Assembly (NCBI GenBank): GCA_012295275.1
Contig: CM022665.1
Location: 27,032,001-27,096,000 of the forward strand
Reading direction: 5' to 3'
DNA from: Chrysomallon squamiferum
Lineage: Eukaryota > Animalia > Mollusca
Length of the DNA stretch: 64,000 nucleotides
In this document: piece by piece, positions 22,318-36,274 of the stretch
Layout of the letters: each line of letters starts with the position of its first letter
How positions within the stretch are numbered: the stretch's first letter is position 1
Translations under genes and position numbers: made by a program
The notes under the pieces: generated by a model
Seen by the model: the letters and a program-made list of their open reading frames with translations, nothing else
Told to the model about the DNA's origin: nothing
Database searches by the model: none

Positions 22318-25300
22318 CTGGCAGGCCAAGGGGTGATGCGACCAGATGGCAACTAAAACTGCCAGCTGTGTACAGAATCCTGGAGGCCATATTTTTTTTT
22401 TTTTTTTTTTAAATCACAATCTTGTTTTTTCTTTGTTTGTCAGGGATCATTGCAGCTTAAACAAAAATGTGAAATGCACTTATTGGTTCATGCAGTTGTA
22501 ATTAGCATGTTAATTATGTACTCAGGGTATTTCTATGTTGTAAGACAAGAAAACTGACTTTTTACTATTTGAAGATAGGAGGACACAAGACTCTTCAATA
22601 TTGTGAGGTTGATAAATATTTTTACTGCTGAAGTGGTACAAAATAGTTTACTGGATAGGTGGCATGTCATCTGTTTTCTTGCTGTTGTTGAAAGTCCATT
22701 TTGTAGGTTTTCTTGTTACGGAACTGGATATAGTTTACAAAATCTGTCATTTTACACCTCAAATATTAGGTTGAGAGGCAGAAGTCAAACACATTTGAGG
22801 AAAGAGGTAAAAACTGAAAAATAAGTTAATTTGGAAAAAACAAAAAGCAAAATGAGCAGCAGTTAATTCACATATAAATTAAATGAAAAATAAAGTACAT
22901 ATGTAAACTTTAAATTATTAAAATGATTATTGATTTTTTCATGGATTTTTCTTTTGATGGTGCAGTTTTCTGCCTGTGACATGATTTATGTTGTACTTAA
23001 ATAAATTACCAGTTTTTTGTTGTCAGGTGTATTTTCAAGTTGTTCAGCATAAATTATGTATAATAAACTTGTGACAGAAATGCTATTTTTCTTATAGTTT
23101 TTAATATTATTAAAAGTTACTGACATTCTTTGATGGACTAAATAGAATCAATAAAATTTTAAAACTGACAAAGAGACAGAAGTATTCTGTTTAATATTTA
23201 TGCAGTTTAATATTTCCAATTAATATACAGGAATGTGATTCTTTGTTTATGAGACATGAAGAAAAAATATACCAAATTATATTTGGAAAATCTATTTTTA
23301 GAAATAAGTTTTCCCCATGTTCCCAGATTTTTTGGTAACCCAGTAAACAAAACATGCCATATTTAAATTTTGTAAAATACCACAATAATATTTATATGTA
23401 GTGATCATCTGAGGTGATAATAATTCAAATAACAAAATAATGGTAATGAAAACTGTTATTTCATTACTATGTAATAATTATAATTTTTATATCTATTTTT
23501 GATCTTTGTTTGTGAAACAATGTTTTCTTTAATTATGCTAAAGTGAAACTGACATTAAAATGATTAATATCCATACTTTGTAACAGCAGAATATATTTTT
23601 CTCTTTTTTAATCTTTTAATTTTTGTTATAGAATTAGTGCTAATATATAAAAATGCTTTTATTTATTTAAAAATACATATATATCTTTGTTACATTTCCT
23701 TTTTAAATTATTTCTTTTTTTATGTGTTTCTGTAGAACTGCAAAGAAAAAGAAAAGGTAAATAAATATTTACTTGATATTTTACTTAAAAAACAAGCATC
23801 ACATTTACTTGCTTTCGGTAGACATCAATAAATTACTATGTTGATTTTTTAAGTTTTTTTGCAATTGATACCTGTATGTAAACCATTATATGGTCCAATG
23901 AATAATTATGTAGTTAGAATGTGAAATCATGGTGATTGAATTGACATACTGTCTCATTGAATATCCAATGGTTGATACTGTTCTCAGATGATTGAAGCAT
24001 AATGTGATAAAATCACTAGTGAGTGTATTAATGTACTGCTTTAGCTATTTCAGTTGTAGGCTGTCAGATGAAATGTTGTAAACACGTATTCATATATTTA
24101 AAAGAAAAAAAGAAACAAACAAAAAAAGATATTCTAATTAATTTTGCATGTCTGTTGTTTTGTGTTTCTACATGCATTATACTTTAGTTTTAGGTATGAT
24201 TATATATTTTATTTTAGCTTGAAACTATGTTTTCATGGATATAAGATTACTTTTCTTTTTCTAATTTTTTTTTTTTTTTTTATAAATATAAATCCTTTAA
24301 TATTAAAATAATAATAATTAGAATATTTTATTTAATCTTAAGTATTTTGATTTTGTCATAATACATTATTGTTTGTATTTTAAAATTTATTTCAATCCTG
24401 ACATTCCAGGTATTTAATTCTGAATTTTTCATATTTGTTTTTTTTTTCCCTTCATTCATTCATTTTTTTTTTTTAAACTTTTTTTTAGAAATGATGATAG
24501 AATTTCTTTTTTTATAACATTACAAAGTAGGTTTAGCTGAATCTCTGACTACTTCAACAAATTTTGATTCAATTTAACATCTACAAAAAGAAAACAAAAA
24601 TACAACAGTATCATATTAACATGTTTTCTGGATAATAAAAACATTGGAAATAATTGGAAGTCAATCCATATAATCCATATTGGGTCAGTTGTAATGCATA
24701 AAATTTTAAATATGAGAAACAAAGCACTTACATAAGTCACTTTCTTTTTTCTTTGTTGAAGCAAAGAATAAAGCACCAAAGAATACACAAGAAGAAATGT
24801 TTTCAATCTTTTTGCTTCCTTCACCCATAAAATGCTAACAGCAGCCAAAGAATACCATCATGACTTCAGTTATAGAAAGAATTTTCTTAGATGAAAATTT
24901 AAAAGTGATGGATTTGTAAATATTTTAATAAGCAACATTTTAATGATGATATTCCAATAATTCATGAGGTCTCATGCTTTTTCATACTGAGTGTTCACTA
25001 GGAGGTGATTTTTGTAAATATGTTTCATACACTTGTTTATCATAATTGTTAAATTTGTAAATCTTGGTATATTGATTTTGCAAGTTCAGCAGTTGTCCAT
25101 CAGTAACAGATTTAATCATTTGGTTTACAAATGTATATATTGAGTAAATGCAATGTTTATTTAGTTAAGTATCTGTTACTGGGATGCTGTGTTTTTGAAA
25201 TATGTATCTCAAGCATATTTGACATTGTGCATAAATCATTTATGTTGGCATATTTAAATTAAATTTTAAATTACATTAAAAAGCAAGATAAACAATAAAA

Positions 25301-27415
25301 TAAAACAAAAAACAATTAGTTCTAATAGTAAAAAGAAAAATCAGTTATTGGTAACGTTACTGCTACTTGTCCATTACATTCTGTTAATATATTTCAGAAT
25401 GAAATAATGTCACTAATGAATTGAAGTCCTTTCTGGTTAAGTATACATTAAACACAATTATTAATTATCAGTTATATATATATATATATATATTAATCTG
25501 TTGCTTATAGATTTCATATTGAAATTTGTATCAGCAACATTTCTAAAATTTATGGACTAACATTTTTTTTTCTTTGAGTATCAACAGAAGATGACAGTGT
25601 TCTAAATTAATTACCAAATTTAAATACTACATAGACAAGTACTTTAAATTATTATTTTTTAAATATTCATCCGATTTATCCAGTAAATGCAATGTCAGTT
25701 TTTCATTTTCATTATTTTGTTGGCTTATGATTACAACTACCTCTTTAGTGGTGACAATCATTGTTCCATAATTTTGTTCTCATTTGTTAGTAGATTGCTT
25801 AATTATGTGCAGTTTAATTTTTTTTTTTTTTTTTACGCTGCAAATTTAACATTTCTTAAAACAATACTGATGATACTGCTAAAGTGTACAGTTGTTATAT
25901 CAGTTTGTTGATTAAAATTTGAACCATTTTTACTATGAATGGTAACTTAGTTCTTTATAAGATCTGTTAATTGTGCTTACTAAATCTGACAAATTTATTT
26001 TCACTTTTTTAAAAGCATTTGAACAAAATTCAGAATTAAACTATGAAATTAGCTCATCAGTATAAATAAAATTTCAGCCCATGAAGACCAAACTATAAAA
26101 TAGTAATTTGCCAGAAAAAGAAAAGAATAATAATAATAATAATAATAACCATGATAAAGAAAGAAAGAAGACGATTAAGTGGTTGAAAGAATAAAAGTTT
26201 GTTCATAACGTTGAATTTTTATGTAGTTGATCACTCACTTTTTGGGGGAAACTGGGTCTACATCTCCATTAATTTGATATATTTAATTATATTTTACATT
26301 ATAAAAATAAGCAATTTTTTAAATAATTCTATTCTGCACATGGAGAGAAGTATGTTTATAAATGTTTGTATGATGGTATATTTTGCATCTATTACATTAA
26401 TAGAATTATGTTGTCTATTGAAGTGGTTCACAATAAAACTAAAACCATGTCACATTTATAAAAAGCAATGTCATTAATTATAATCATATATAATTGTTGT
26501 AAGGCTTTAGGGCTTGTTTGTTTTATTTAATTTTTTGTTTTTGAATAAATATTTTTGTTAGCAGTTAATTGTGTACACAACTTTGAGAAAGAACAAAACA
26601 ACTACTGCATATTTGTTCATTTCATATATACATATATCCATACACATGAAGTATAGTTATTAAATAAAAAGTCCATTTTAGTTTTAAGAAATTCATTGAC
26701 AACCATGCAGCATCATGTGCATATATTCACATTAACATATCATGATTACACTGTGACTGTCTATTTATTTTGTTTTCATTATATTACTTCTTTTTAATAA
26801 TTTATTATTAGCTAAAAATGTCTCTGTAGTTATAGGTGAACTGTTGTAGTAGAGCAACTTCTTTGTAGTAAAGAGTATAGCTTTGTATTGTATAAGGCAA
26901 CATCAAACCAATAGAATAAATATCATGTATTTGCAGATGTGTTATCGTTTGTTCTTTATCATATGATTTTTCTGGAATTAACTATAATAACACATACATT
27001 TGAAATATTTGATTCTAGTTGGGTTTTATTTTCTTATAATCTGATTTATATTTAATACTATCTTGTTTCTTTCTTTTAAATTATTGACATTTTATTATAA
27101 TACTATTTATTGATTTTGAAATTTTTATTCATTCGGATCTTTTAAAGGTAAGTTCTGAAATCAAACTTCCTGTAATGATAATGTACTAAACAAAATTAGG
27201 TCAAGGTTCTGTGTAACTACATTTAATATCCATGTCAATAATTTTGTGTTGTATGCATTTTCAAATTACCAATATTAACAATTTATTTAACTCATAAGCT
27301 GATGTTTGTTCACGCAATTTTGATAGTAAATATATTATAAATGAAAAGCATAAAGGACAGAGAAAAACTATATCCAAAGGCAAAAATCTAGTAGACAGTT
27401 ACGCTTTCCGTTATC

Positions 27416-27416
<1 letters not shown>

Positions 27417-27458
<42 letters not shown>

Positions 27459-27464
27459 CTATCT
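27417..27464. repeat. (CTAT)n tetranucleotide microsatellite
   Basis: Seen directly, in the interval between the convergent CDKL1 and BROX genes. Confidence 0.9.
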
Positions 27465-29664
27465 CTCTCAACATCTATGGCAGAAATCTCAAATTGGACC
27501 AAAAAAACATTTATTACTTCTATGATTCAAATATTTCTTTAGCCAGTTTATTTTCCTGTTTGTAAATTTAAAATACATAGTAATACAGGATTTAACAAAA
27601 CCGATAAAAGAAAGGTAACATTTTTAATGACATCAACAACTAAAAAATAAAATAAAAAGAAGCCTTTTACATAACAACAGGCTGTACAATTGTTATATCA
27701 GTTTGTTTAATTATCATTTACCATTCAACAAATAATTTCTGATTTCTATACACTTTCTTATATATTACTAAGTTGGTTCTTATCAAATCTTTAAAAACAT
27801 TTCTCTTTTGGATCAAAAATAAACCATTTAAAAACTATGAACCACAATGCCCACATTTCAAGTTTATACTGTATGTATAAATGGAAAGTTTACAACTTAA
27901 TTAGAGATCAAAATCTATTTAAAAAATAGATAATCCATGAAGTTTACATTTTACCTCCAACCTTCTTTCTTTTCCCTCAAAAGGAACAAAAATAACTGAT
28001 CTGGGTTTTTTTCTGACAACAATTTAACTGCAATAATTGCATAAATATTGTCTTAACAGAACCCAATAAAAACTGAAAATTACCTTCTGAAATTTGTGAA
28101 CCATTTTTATACAAATATAACAGCCATATACTAAAACAAAATGTATATCAATTTAACATTAAATATTAAAATCACATAAAATGCATAAAATTATACTGAA
28201 TTTACTTTCAATACACATGTAAATACATTTCTAGACAAGTACATAAATTTAGAAGAAAAGCCTGCTGAAATTTCTGAATAACTGAAGGTACTTTTTAATG
28301 AGTAACAACAGTTGTATCAAAATTTAATTTTGCTTCAACACAAGATTTCAAAAGAATGTCTTATTGTGATGGCTCTCATATTCTGTAGCGATTATTTTGG
28401 AGATTATTTTGGAGCATTAAGTATAAATACATGACATTTTGAAGTGATGCAATTAAGTGTGACAGTCTAAAAATAGCGTGGCAAAGGTGGGTCAACAAAC
28501 TGAGCGTAAAAATAGCCACAAATGTTTCTGTGATTAATTGATTAATTATTCCAAATCCCCATGGATTACAAAAGTACCACCAAGATGAAAGTGTTAAAGA
28601 ATCTGCAATTTTTTTTAGAACACCACTCTCAGTTGTCAAGACTGTTATAATTATCCATAAGATTGTATTTCTAATAAATTTTTAAACAACTCTGTATTAC
28701 CGTCAGCTTTGATATTTTATTTGTACATAACATTTTTAATATGCCACTTTTTATACATTATAGCTCATGACAATAAAATGCTTTACGATACATTGCTAAA
28801 AAGGGGAGTCACTCAAATGTTGATAGTTATAATAAAAATCACTCTAGAGAATGGCAGTGAGCATGACAGAGAGAAAGGTCACTGAATTTGCTTTGACACA
28901 AAGCACAATAGGCTCACAAACTCATTATAATACATATAAAAGTTAAATTAAATAAATAACAATAATCTGGCAACTGAGCCAAGTAGAAGGAAATTAAATT
29001 ACAGAAGTGATTAGCGTTGAGTAAGCATTTCATTTAGAAAAAAGTAAGTGACATTTCCTTTTCAGAATAATGTATTTTAAAACTTGTTTAAATACGAGTC
29101 CTTGTTTATTAAGTTAAAACTGGAGTCAAATATAGATTTGTAGAGATTTTAAACTGATCTATTTAAATAAATCTGTCATAGTTACATCAAACCACACTTT
29201 GGTTAAACTTTGTTAAATATGTGATCTTAAAAATTATTGATGAACTTAAAATGAACATTTGTTTGTGTCAAATTCCTTTTTCTGCAATTTTCTATTCCAC
29301 TTTCATGGAATGTGTATGGAATTACCTTTACACCAATAAAACTTTATTTTATTCCAGGTATATTCAGTTGGAAAAATTCATTTTTCAATGCTGAAAAAGG
29401 ATGTTAATGGTTTTATCCAAAAGCGTTATCTAATAGTTTGAAAAGGTTTGGCATTTACACGTTCACTCATGTGTTATTATATGCCTGTGCATGTGTGTCT
29501 GTGTGTCTGTACACACACACACACAAACACATGTATATCCACTGCTCTGTCATTACTCTTTCCTGTAAATATTCTAATCCTGCAATAATATTTGAATAAT
29601 GAACTTAATATACGAGTCACCTACAATGTAAATGTGGTATTTACAATATATTTTTGTGGTATTT

Positions 29665-32600
29665 TTATGAAACAACACAACCACTTAAAGTCTTTGGATC
29701 TTTGTCAGACATTGGAATTTCCTTCTCTTTAACTTCTGGCAAATTTTCAGGCTTTTCGGCTTTCTGCCAAAAAAAAAGTAATTAAACTTTTTTTAAAATT
29801 TACACATTAATTTCAAGACAAATACTATAAAAAATACTGTCTCATAAAACAATCAGTTATTAACTTGAGAGTAAATATATTTACAATTATTTCAAAACAA
29901 AAGAAAAAATATAATGCTTATAATTCTTGAAAATGAGCAGGTTACAAACATGTAGATACATAAATCAGAACCATATCTCTACTTTAATCTTAACAGAAGT
30001 TACAGTAATCTCATAACTGGTCTTTTGCAAAAATCCCTTTTTGTATTTAGACAAATATGTACATTTTTTTCATCCAAATAATATATTAATTTACCACAGC
30101 TGGTTTGGGAGCTCTTGTGACATCAAATCTTTTATAGTTTTCTGGAGTCCAGAGTGGATTTAAAGGAGGTGGTTTATAATCTTCAGGACTGACTAAACCA
30201 TAGGTTGGCTTCATCTCTAAGATTGGTGGATCAAATGCAACCTTCTGATGGTATCTGAAAAAAAAAATATAAATAAATAAAATAAAATAATAATAACAGT
30301 AATAAACAGATAAATAAAATATAATAAATAAAACATAAATAAATATTTTTTATATTAATGGTTTTTATGTTTCAGGCTTACTGTCTTTATAATAATAGCA
30401 TGAGAAACAAAACTGTTTCTGACATCATATGGATTACTTAATTACATTATAAGAATAGATATTTTTATATCACTTTCCTGTTGCCAAAAAAGAACATAAA
30501 ATAGCCTTTGATATTTTAGGTAGGGAGTTCTGGCAGTAACAGGCTAAATCTGTAAAACTTCATCAGATATGCACTCTACAACTAAATTAGATTTTATATT
30601 CCTATGTTCATTTTAAAACAAAGCAACTGGAAAATGCCTTGGATTTTTGTCAAGCATATTTATATACCCCTACTTTAAACTGAATTTAAACCAAAGAAGG
30701 CCTCTCTGACTCACATCAGTCCATTTTCCCTTTCACATTTGTCCATTGTCCGTTTGACCACTGGTCCAAGTCTTCTGAAAAAGATGTGGTTTTCTGGTCT
30801 TGCTGTTGTTCCAGGTCCCTTTGTAGATGCATACTCCTTACACAACAGTGATGCTTTTTCATACACTGAAACACAATTAAAATCATTTTTCAGCTAATAT
30901 TCACATATGTTTGTCTATTTACTAAAAAAATGTCAATATTTCCTAGCTAAAACTATCGTTTCTCTTTCTTACTGGAATCGAACAATAAATAATTAACCCT
31001 CTACTTATCAGAAGCTGTTCAAAAGGAGTTAAAATTATTTTGTTTGTTTTTCCATTACTGAAGGGTGGAACAGACAAATGTAATCTGTACACATTGCTTT
31101 GGTTCAACATTAATAAGCAACAGTCAAATATTAATACTGCATATAAACAATTGCAGGCTAATGGGGTAAAAATGTGCATTGCACTAGTGCTATATGGGTA
31201 ACTGAGGATCAGTTATAATATGAACACACATATTTTTCAGAAAAACAGTCTGTACCTCAGAGGTCATATTTAGTTTTAGGTGTTTCATTTGCAAGATTAA
31301 TTTTCCTGAATGTTCCCATTTGATCTGATTACAGCAAATGATTCAGACGTGAATCATTAAAAAATGTAGTATATGTTTTACTGTCAATGTTAGTAACTGC
31401 TAATTAGTAACAGTAGTCCAGAGAATGGCAGATTTGCTATTTTAAATTATCATTTGACATATAAAATTTATGCTCAATTCTTTCATTTCTTCTTTGTTCA
31501 AATAAAATCAGTTTCCTAAAAAGAACTCACAAGCCAAACTCTCTTTAAGTCCTCGAATTGCCTCTCCACATTTGTCGCGATTCAACAAATCTTCACCATT
31601 GTAACTGTGAGCCTGAAAAGGCACATTTTAAAATTAAGTTTTCAGTTCTAGTTTGCAGAACATTTTTAGCACACTGCCAATGTAAACCCTTCCTAAAATA
31701 AAAATAAAAAACTGTCTAGATAAAATAATTAAATTTGAATTATGCTTTTAAAAAGACTTACATAAGCAGTATAAAAGTTATACTTCAGCTGGAAGTATTT
31801 CCTCCATTTTCCAACAATTTTTGCATCGAGGCTTGCTAAAGAGTCATCTAGAGAAAAGAAAATGGAAATTTATCATAATGTTCTAAATAATATAAATACA
31901 GTGCAGAATCAAAACCAGTTAATCCAGACTTCTGTGTAAACTGGCATTCTTTCAAAATTCCATCCAGCTATTGCTAATCTGTTATGAACAAAACTCTTGA
32001 CTTATCCAAATTCTGGGTGCAAATTCCTGAACACAAGAACAATTTATATAGTAATTAGCTTTGTCTACACCAGCATACAACTTTGTAAGTACAGTCACTT
32101 TTAAAATAATGATGGCAATTTGCGTGTAATTATGCTACTGCTTGAGATGAAATAAATGTGCTTCTTTGAAGGCTTAATAAGTAATGATCCCTTATTTTTT
32201 TTAATCACAAGATTATTATTATTAGAGTGTGCTGATACCTAAGTGAATTTACTCATTTAAGTTTACCGTCAAAAGTTGCATCTGAATAATAAATATTTAT
32301 GGCACATATTTTTGCATTATCTTATTAAATTTGCAACAACAGAGCAGCTTAGAAAACTGTAACACATCAAACTTTCATTGAAGACTAAAGTAAAATTAAT
32401 AGATGAATATTATTCAGATCCAATCAGTAAATAGAAATATTTAGCTATGCAATTTAAGATAACAACAAGTTAAAAAATCTGAATGGAATGTTCCATCAAT
32501 GGTTTCAGAAGTCAAGGTCCAAAACACTGCCAATTCAACAGACATTTAAACAGAACTTGTATTCCAATTTCAGGTCAGTTTAATCTAAATACACCAATGT

Positions 32601-33418
32601 ATGTTGTTGGTTCCAAGTGATTCCAGTTTTAACAAACATATGCTGTACTTTTAAAATTTAAGCAAATTTATAATACTTTTTATTAAAAATTAACTTTGCA
32701 AATCAACTGTTTACAGTTTGCTTAAAGTAATATATTGCCTTGTTATATAATACTGAAATTTAGGTAAACTTTTAAAACTGAGCCAAACATTAAATTAAAA
32801 ACAAATTAATTTCATTTACTGATACCTGCTCTCTGATACATCTGTCCAGTCTCACAAGCTAGTGCTGCTATCAAACTGTTAGAATGTTTCATCTCAACAG
32901 CTCGAGCAAGAGTGACTGAAAACAAGATTATGACATTTGCGTTAATAAAAAATTAAAAAATTATCTTAAAATGTGTGCACTCCTACATATATAAATTAAA
33001 AATTATGCTACATTTATCAAAAATTTCCACTACAGAATTTCTTACATTCTTCTGCTTTATTACATGTTACTTAAATAAGGTTTAGGAACACAATAACTTT
33101 AGACTGAAATGAAAAAGCGAACATTTATGAAACTTGAAATATATGCATGCTGTTTTTGAACTAATCAGTAATTGACAATTTTCTACTCAAAGTTAATTGT
33201 TTTTGTTGTTGAATAAAACCAGATTTTTTGAAGAATGGAGCACTTGTACAAATAAAAAACCATTGACTATAATATCACACAAATGGACTAACTTTCCTGA
33301 GCTTCTGCTGTACACTGGTTGATATAAGCGTCTAAAACTCGACTGTCAGTGTCAGTACCAGGGGTACTGTTATCTTCAAGTCGACCACACAATTCATTCT
33401 GTCAAAAGTGTACCACAA

Positions 33419-33450
<32 letters not shown>

Positions 33451-35358
33451 TAATAAAAATTTTAAAGTTTAAAAATTAAAATACAAATTTCATTCATACA
33501 TAAAATTAATGACTTTATTGTTTATGGATTTTCTGTAATAATTTTAAAACGGTCAAAGACATAATGTGTTAGAAGTATGAAAGAATAAATTTAATTGCAA
33601 ATTTGATAATACACAGTTTGATAATACAACTGTTTTCCATCTGTAAATGATTTTTCAATGGTATATGATTTCCTGTCAATAGTATATGGACAAATGTCAT
33701 TACCCAAGAAACAAATGATGATGAATTATTACAAAATATTTATTTATTTATTACAATGTCCTTCAGCACTAAAAGACAATATCTTATGTATGCATCTTTT
33801 CATTATGACTATTACTACTAGCCTAAATCCTGGTATTAACACTATTCATTATCTAACTCTTACAAACCTTGACATAGGCAAAATATCCTGCAGCTAGTCT
33901 CAAGCACTTATGAACTTCTTTAGCTTCTTCCATAGTTGGACTGGAAGAAAACAAACATCATATACAATATAAAAAATACTCTTTAAATCCTCTACTAAAA
34001 TAATCAGTATAAAGAAGCTATTCTGAACTTTGTACCAATTGTATTGTATTTATTTATATAATAAAAAGGATAATCAAAGAGATTTTACAAGGCTTTGATT
34101 TTTACATTTATCAATTATTAATTTATTTAATATTAAAAATACTTACTCTTCTTTTGCTGCTAGTTTTGCTGCATGTTTTGTGTACCACAGTCCAACGTTT
34201 ATAAGCATGGAGATAAATTCAAACACTGCATCATTACATGCCCTAAAATTTAAATATTACAAATAAAATGTACATTTGAATAGCAATGTTTATGTTGTGC
34301 ATACAAGTAATGTTATATTTTCTACCAATATGTCTTTTACTATCAGTTATGACTTGAGTTCATATTTACAAATATGAATTTTAAGTCCAGTGGAAATTAC
34401 AAGAAAACACACATTTACAAGTATTACACAATATTCAAAATCAATACAAAATTTCTTTTAATGTATATGAGGATCAATAATAATATCAATTTGTTTCTCT
34501 GTTTTAATCACAGGTCTTGGTGATAATATTTAGTTCAATCACTTTAAAAAGTTAATTGTTAATAAATCCTGAAACCATAACTTACATTGGTGTATTGCCA
34601 AGAAGAGTGTTAGTCCATTTAAAACAAAGAACCTTTCTCATCTTGTTTTCAGGCTCACTTTGATCAATAGGCTGAAATAATCCTTGCAACAAACCAAAGT
34701 ATTCATTGCTGGATTTGTCAATAACTGCATGATCATGATTTGGATCTGTCAGAAGCAGCAACAGCTGATTGCGAAACATACGCAGGTCACTGAAATAAAA
34801 TATAAAATTGTTTGATATTATAATAGTTTTATTATCACAATACACAATTTCAACCAAAACAATATTAATATTAATGTGTCTGCTTTTTTCTTATTACAAA
34901 AAGTGAAAGTTATGTTTATGGGCATGTTTTTACATTGTGTGAGAATTTGCACACAATCTTTTCTTAATAAAATAAAATAAAATGTCTTACACATTATAAC
35001 AATACATAATGTAAATAAAGTATTTATTCCAGTTGATACAACATGTGAGATTTTAACTAAACTAGCTGTTGGATTAATACGTGTAATAATAATTATGAAT
35101 ATATTTAACGGTTATTTTGATGACTCAACTTCATCTAATTCGCATTCATTCATGTCACCATTTGTAAATTATAAATTAAATAAAAACAAGGCAAAGCAAT
35201 ACGTAACAGTGATATAATTTCTTTTCTTCCAAATTTAAAATCTAAGTACATTTTCACCTGAATATTTTTCGCGTTTGATCAGTTGTTGACACGCCATGTA
35301 ACTCAAAAGTTATCTGAGTTGTGGCTTTTAGGGGATTTCTATGAAACCAGTAAGCCAT
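29665..35358 (-). CDS. BROX: BRO1 domain- and CAAX motif-containing protein (ESCRT-III associated), 11 coding exons, 415 aa
   Basis: Minus-strand exons 35358-35258, 34789-34586, 34242-34147, 33940-33868, 33398-33293, 32915-32826, 31847-31762, 31612-31531, 30865-30715, 30254-30095, 29763-29665. All introns are GT-AG, total 1248 nt. Starts [13 protein letters not shown] (BROX signature [10 protein letters not shown]), contains [19 protein letters not shown] and [13 protein letters not shown], and ends SGCVVS* (CaaX). Confidence 0.96.
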
Positions 35359-35761
35359 TATTTTCTCAATACGGAAATAAACAGAGAAGGGAAATAACCA
35401 CGTTAATTTTCATAATTTTCAGCACAATCGATAAACATCGAGCAATTTCGTTTTTTCTTGCCGGAATTCTCCGAAATGACTTCGTTTGGACTAAATATTA
35501 ACATCAATTCAGTTGCAATAATTAATGGACAACCACAAATACAATTTACACACAAGCTACACATAAAAATAAATAAAACAAAAAGTAAAATAAATAAACG
35601 ATAAGAATAATATAATTATTTCAAGTTACTTGTATTATTATTATTAGTAGTAGTAGTTAATAATTGGTGAACTGATAAAAGCATCGCTGTGTATGCCTAT
35701 ATTTTCTTTTAAGCATATTTTCATAAATTATATCCACATCCAAAATAAAGGTGAGGTAACT

Positions 35762-35796
<35 letters not shown>

Positions 35797-35797
35797 G

Positions 35798-35975
35798 CAG
35801 TGGCGTACCTAAGGCAAGGTAAGTATGACACGTGCCCTGGGCACCACTTAAAGGGGCGCCACCAAGGATATTACATTAAATTTGACTGGTATTTTTAAAC
35901 TGATTTTATGGTAAAGATATCTGAAAGATACATGTCAGGGGCGCTATTTCAGTGCTTACCATTTCAAACTAGTCT
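35798..35975. mobile_element. Truncated non-autonomous DNA transposon (MITE-like) remnant
   Basis: Begins CAGTGGCGTA directly after a (TG)n run and contains GC-rich GCCCTGGGC and AGGGGCGC sub-terminal motifs typical of such elements. The matching right-end TACGCCACTG is absent. Confidence 0.45.
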
Positions 35976-36150
35976 TAAAGAGTTTTTGTAATCAGTGCTA
36001 AATATATTATATAGTGTGTGATGTACCTAATGTAACAAAACAGAATAAAACAACTAGAACGATAATAATATTTTTGTATATGTAAGAGATATACAGGAGA
36101 GAAACTGTGAGAGTGGCTTAGAGAAAGAGAGAGAGAGGGAGAGAATATAA

Positions 36151-36174
36151 TGACGTTGTGACATTGTGACGTCA
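36151..36174. promoter_or_regulatory. CRE cluster: half-site TGACG plus full palindrome TGACGTCA
   Basis: tgacgttgtgacattgtgacgtca, with the full CRE at 36167-36174, ~100 bp upstream of the ATG of the intronless ORF. Confidence 0.45.
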
Positions 36175-36274
36175 TTTTAGTATATTCATATAATATATTA
36201 AACTATCATATTGGCTTTACGAACCTGATTACCTTTATAAATTATTTTGTATTGTGTATTTTAATTGGTAAGTG

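Noticed and set aside
24549-28639. ORFs 24549-24848, 25687-25911, 26199-26477 and 28376-28639
   Set aside because: AT-biased composition, no recognisable domain and no consistent exon chain; they lie in probable 3' UTR or intergenic sequence.
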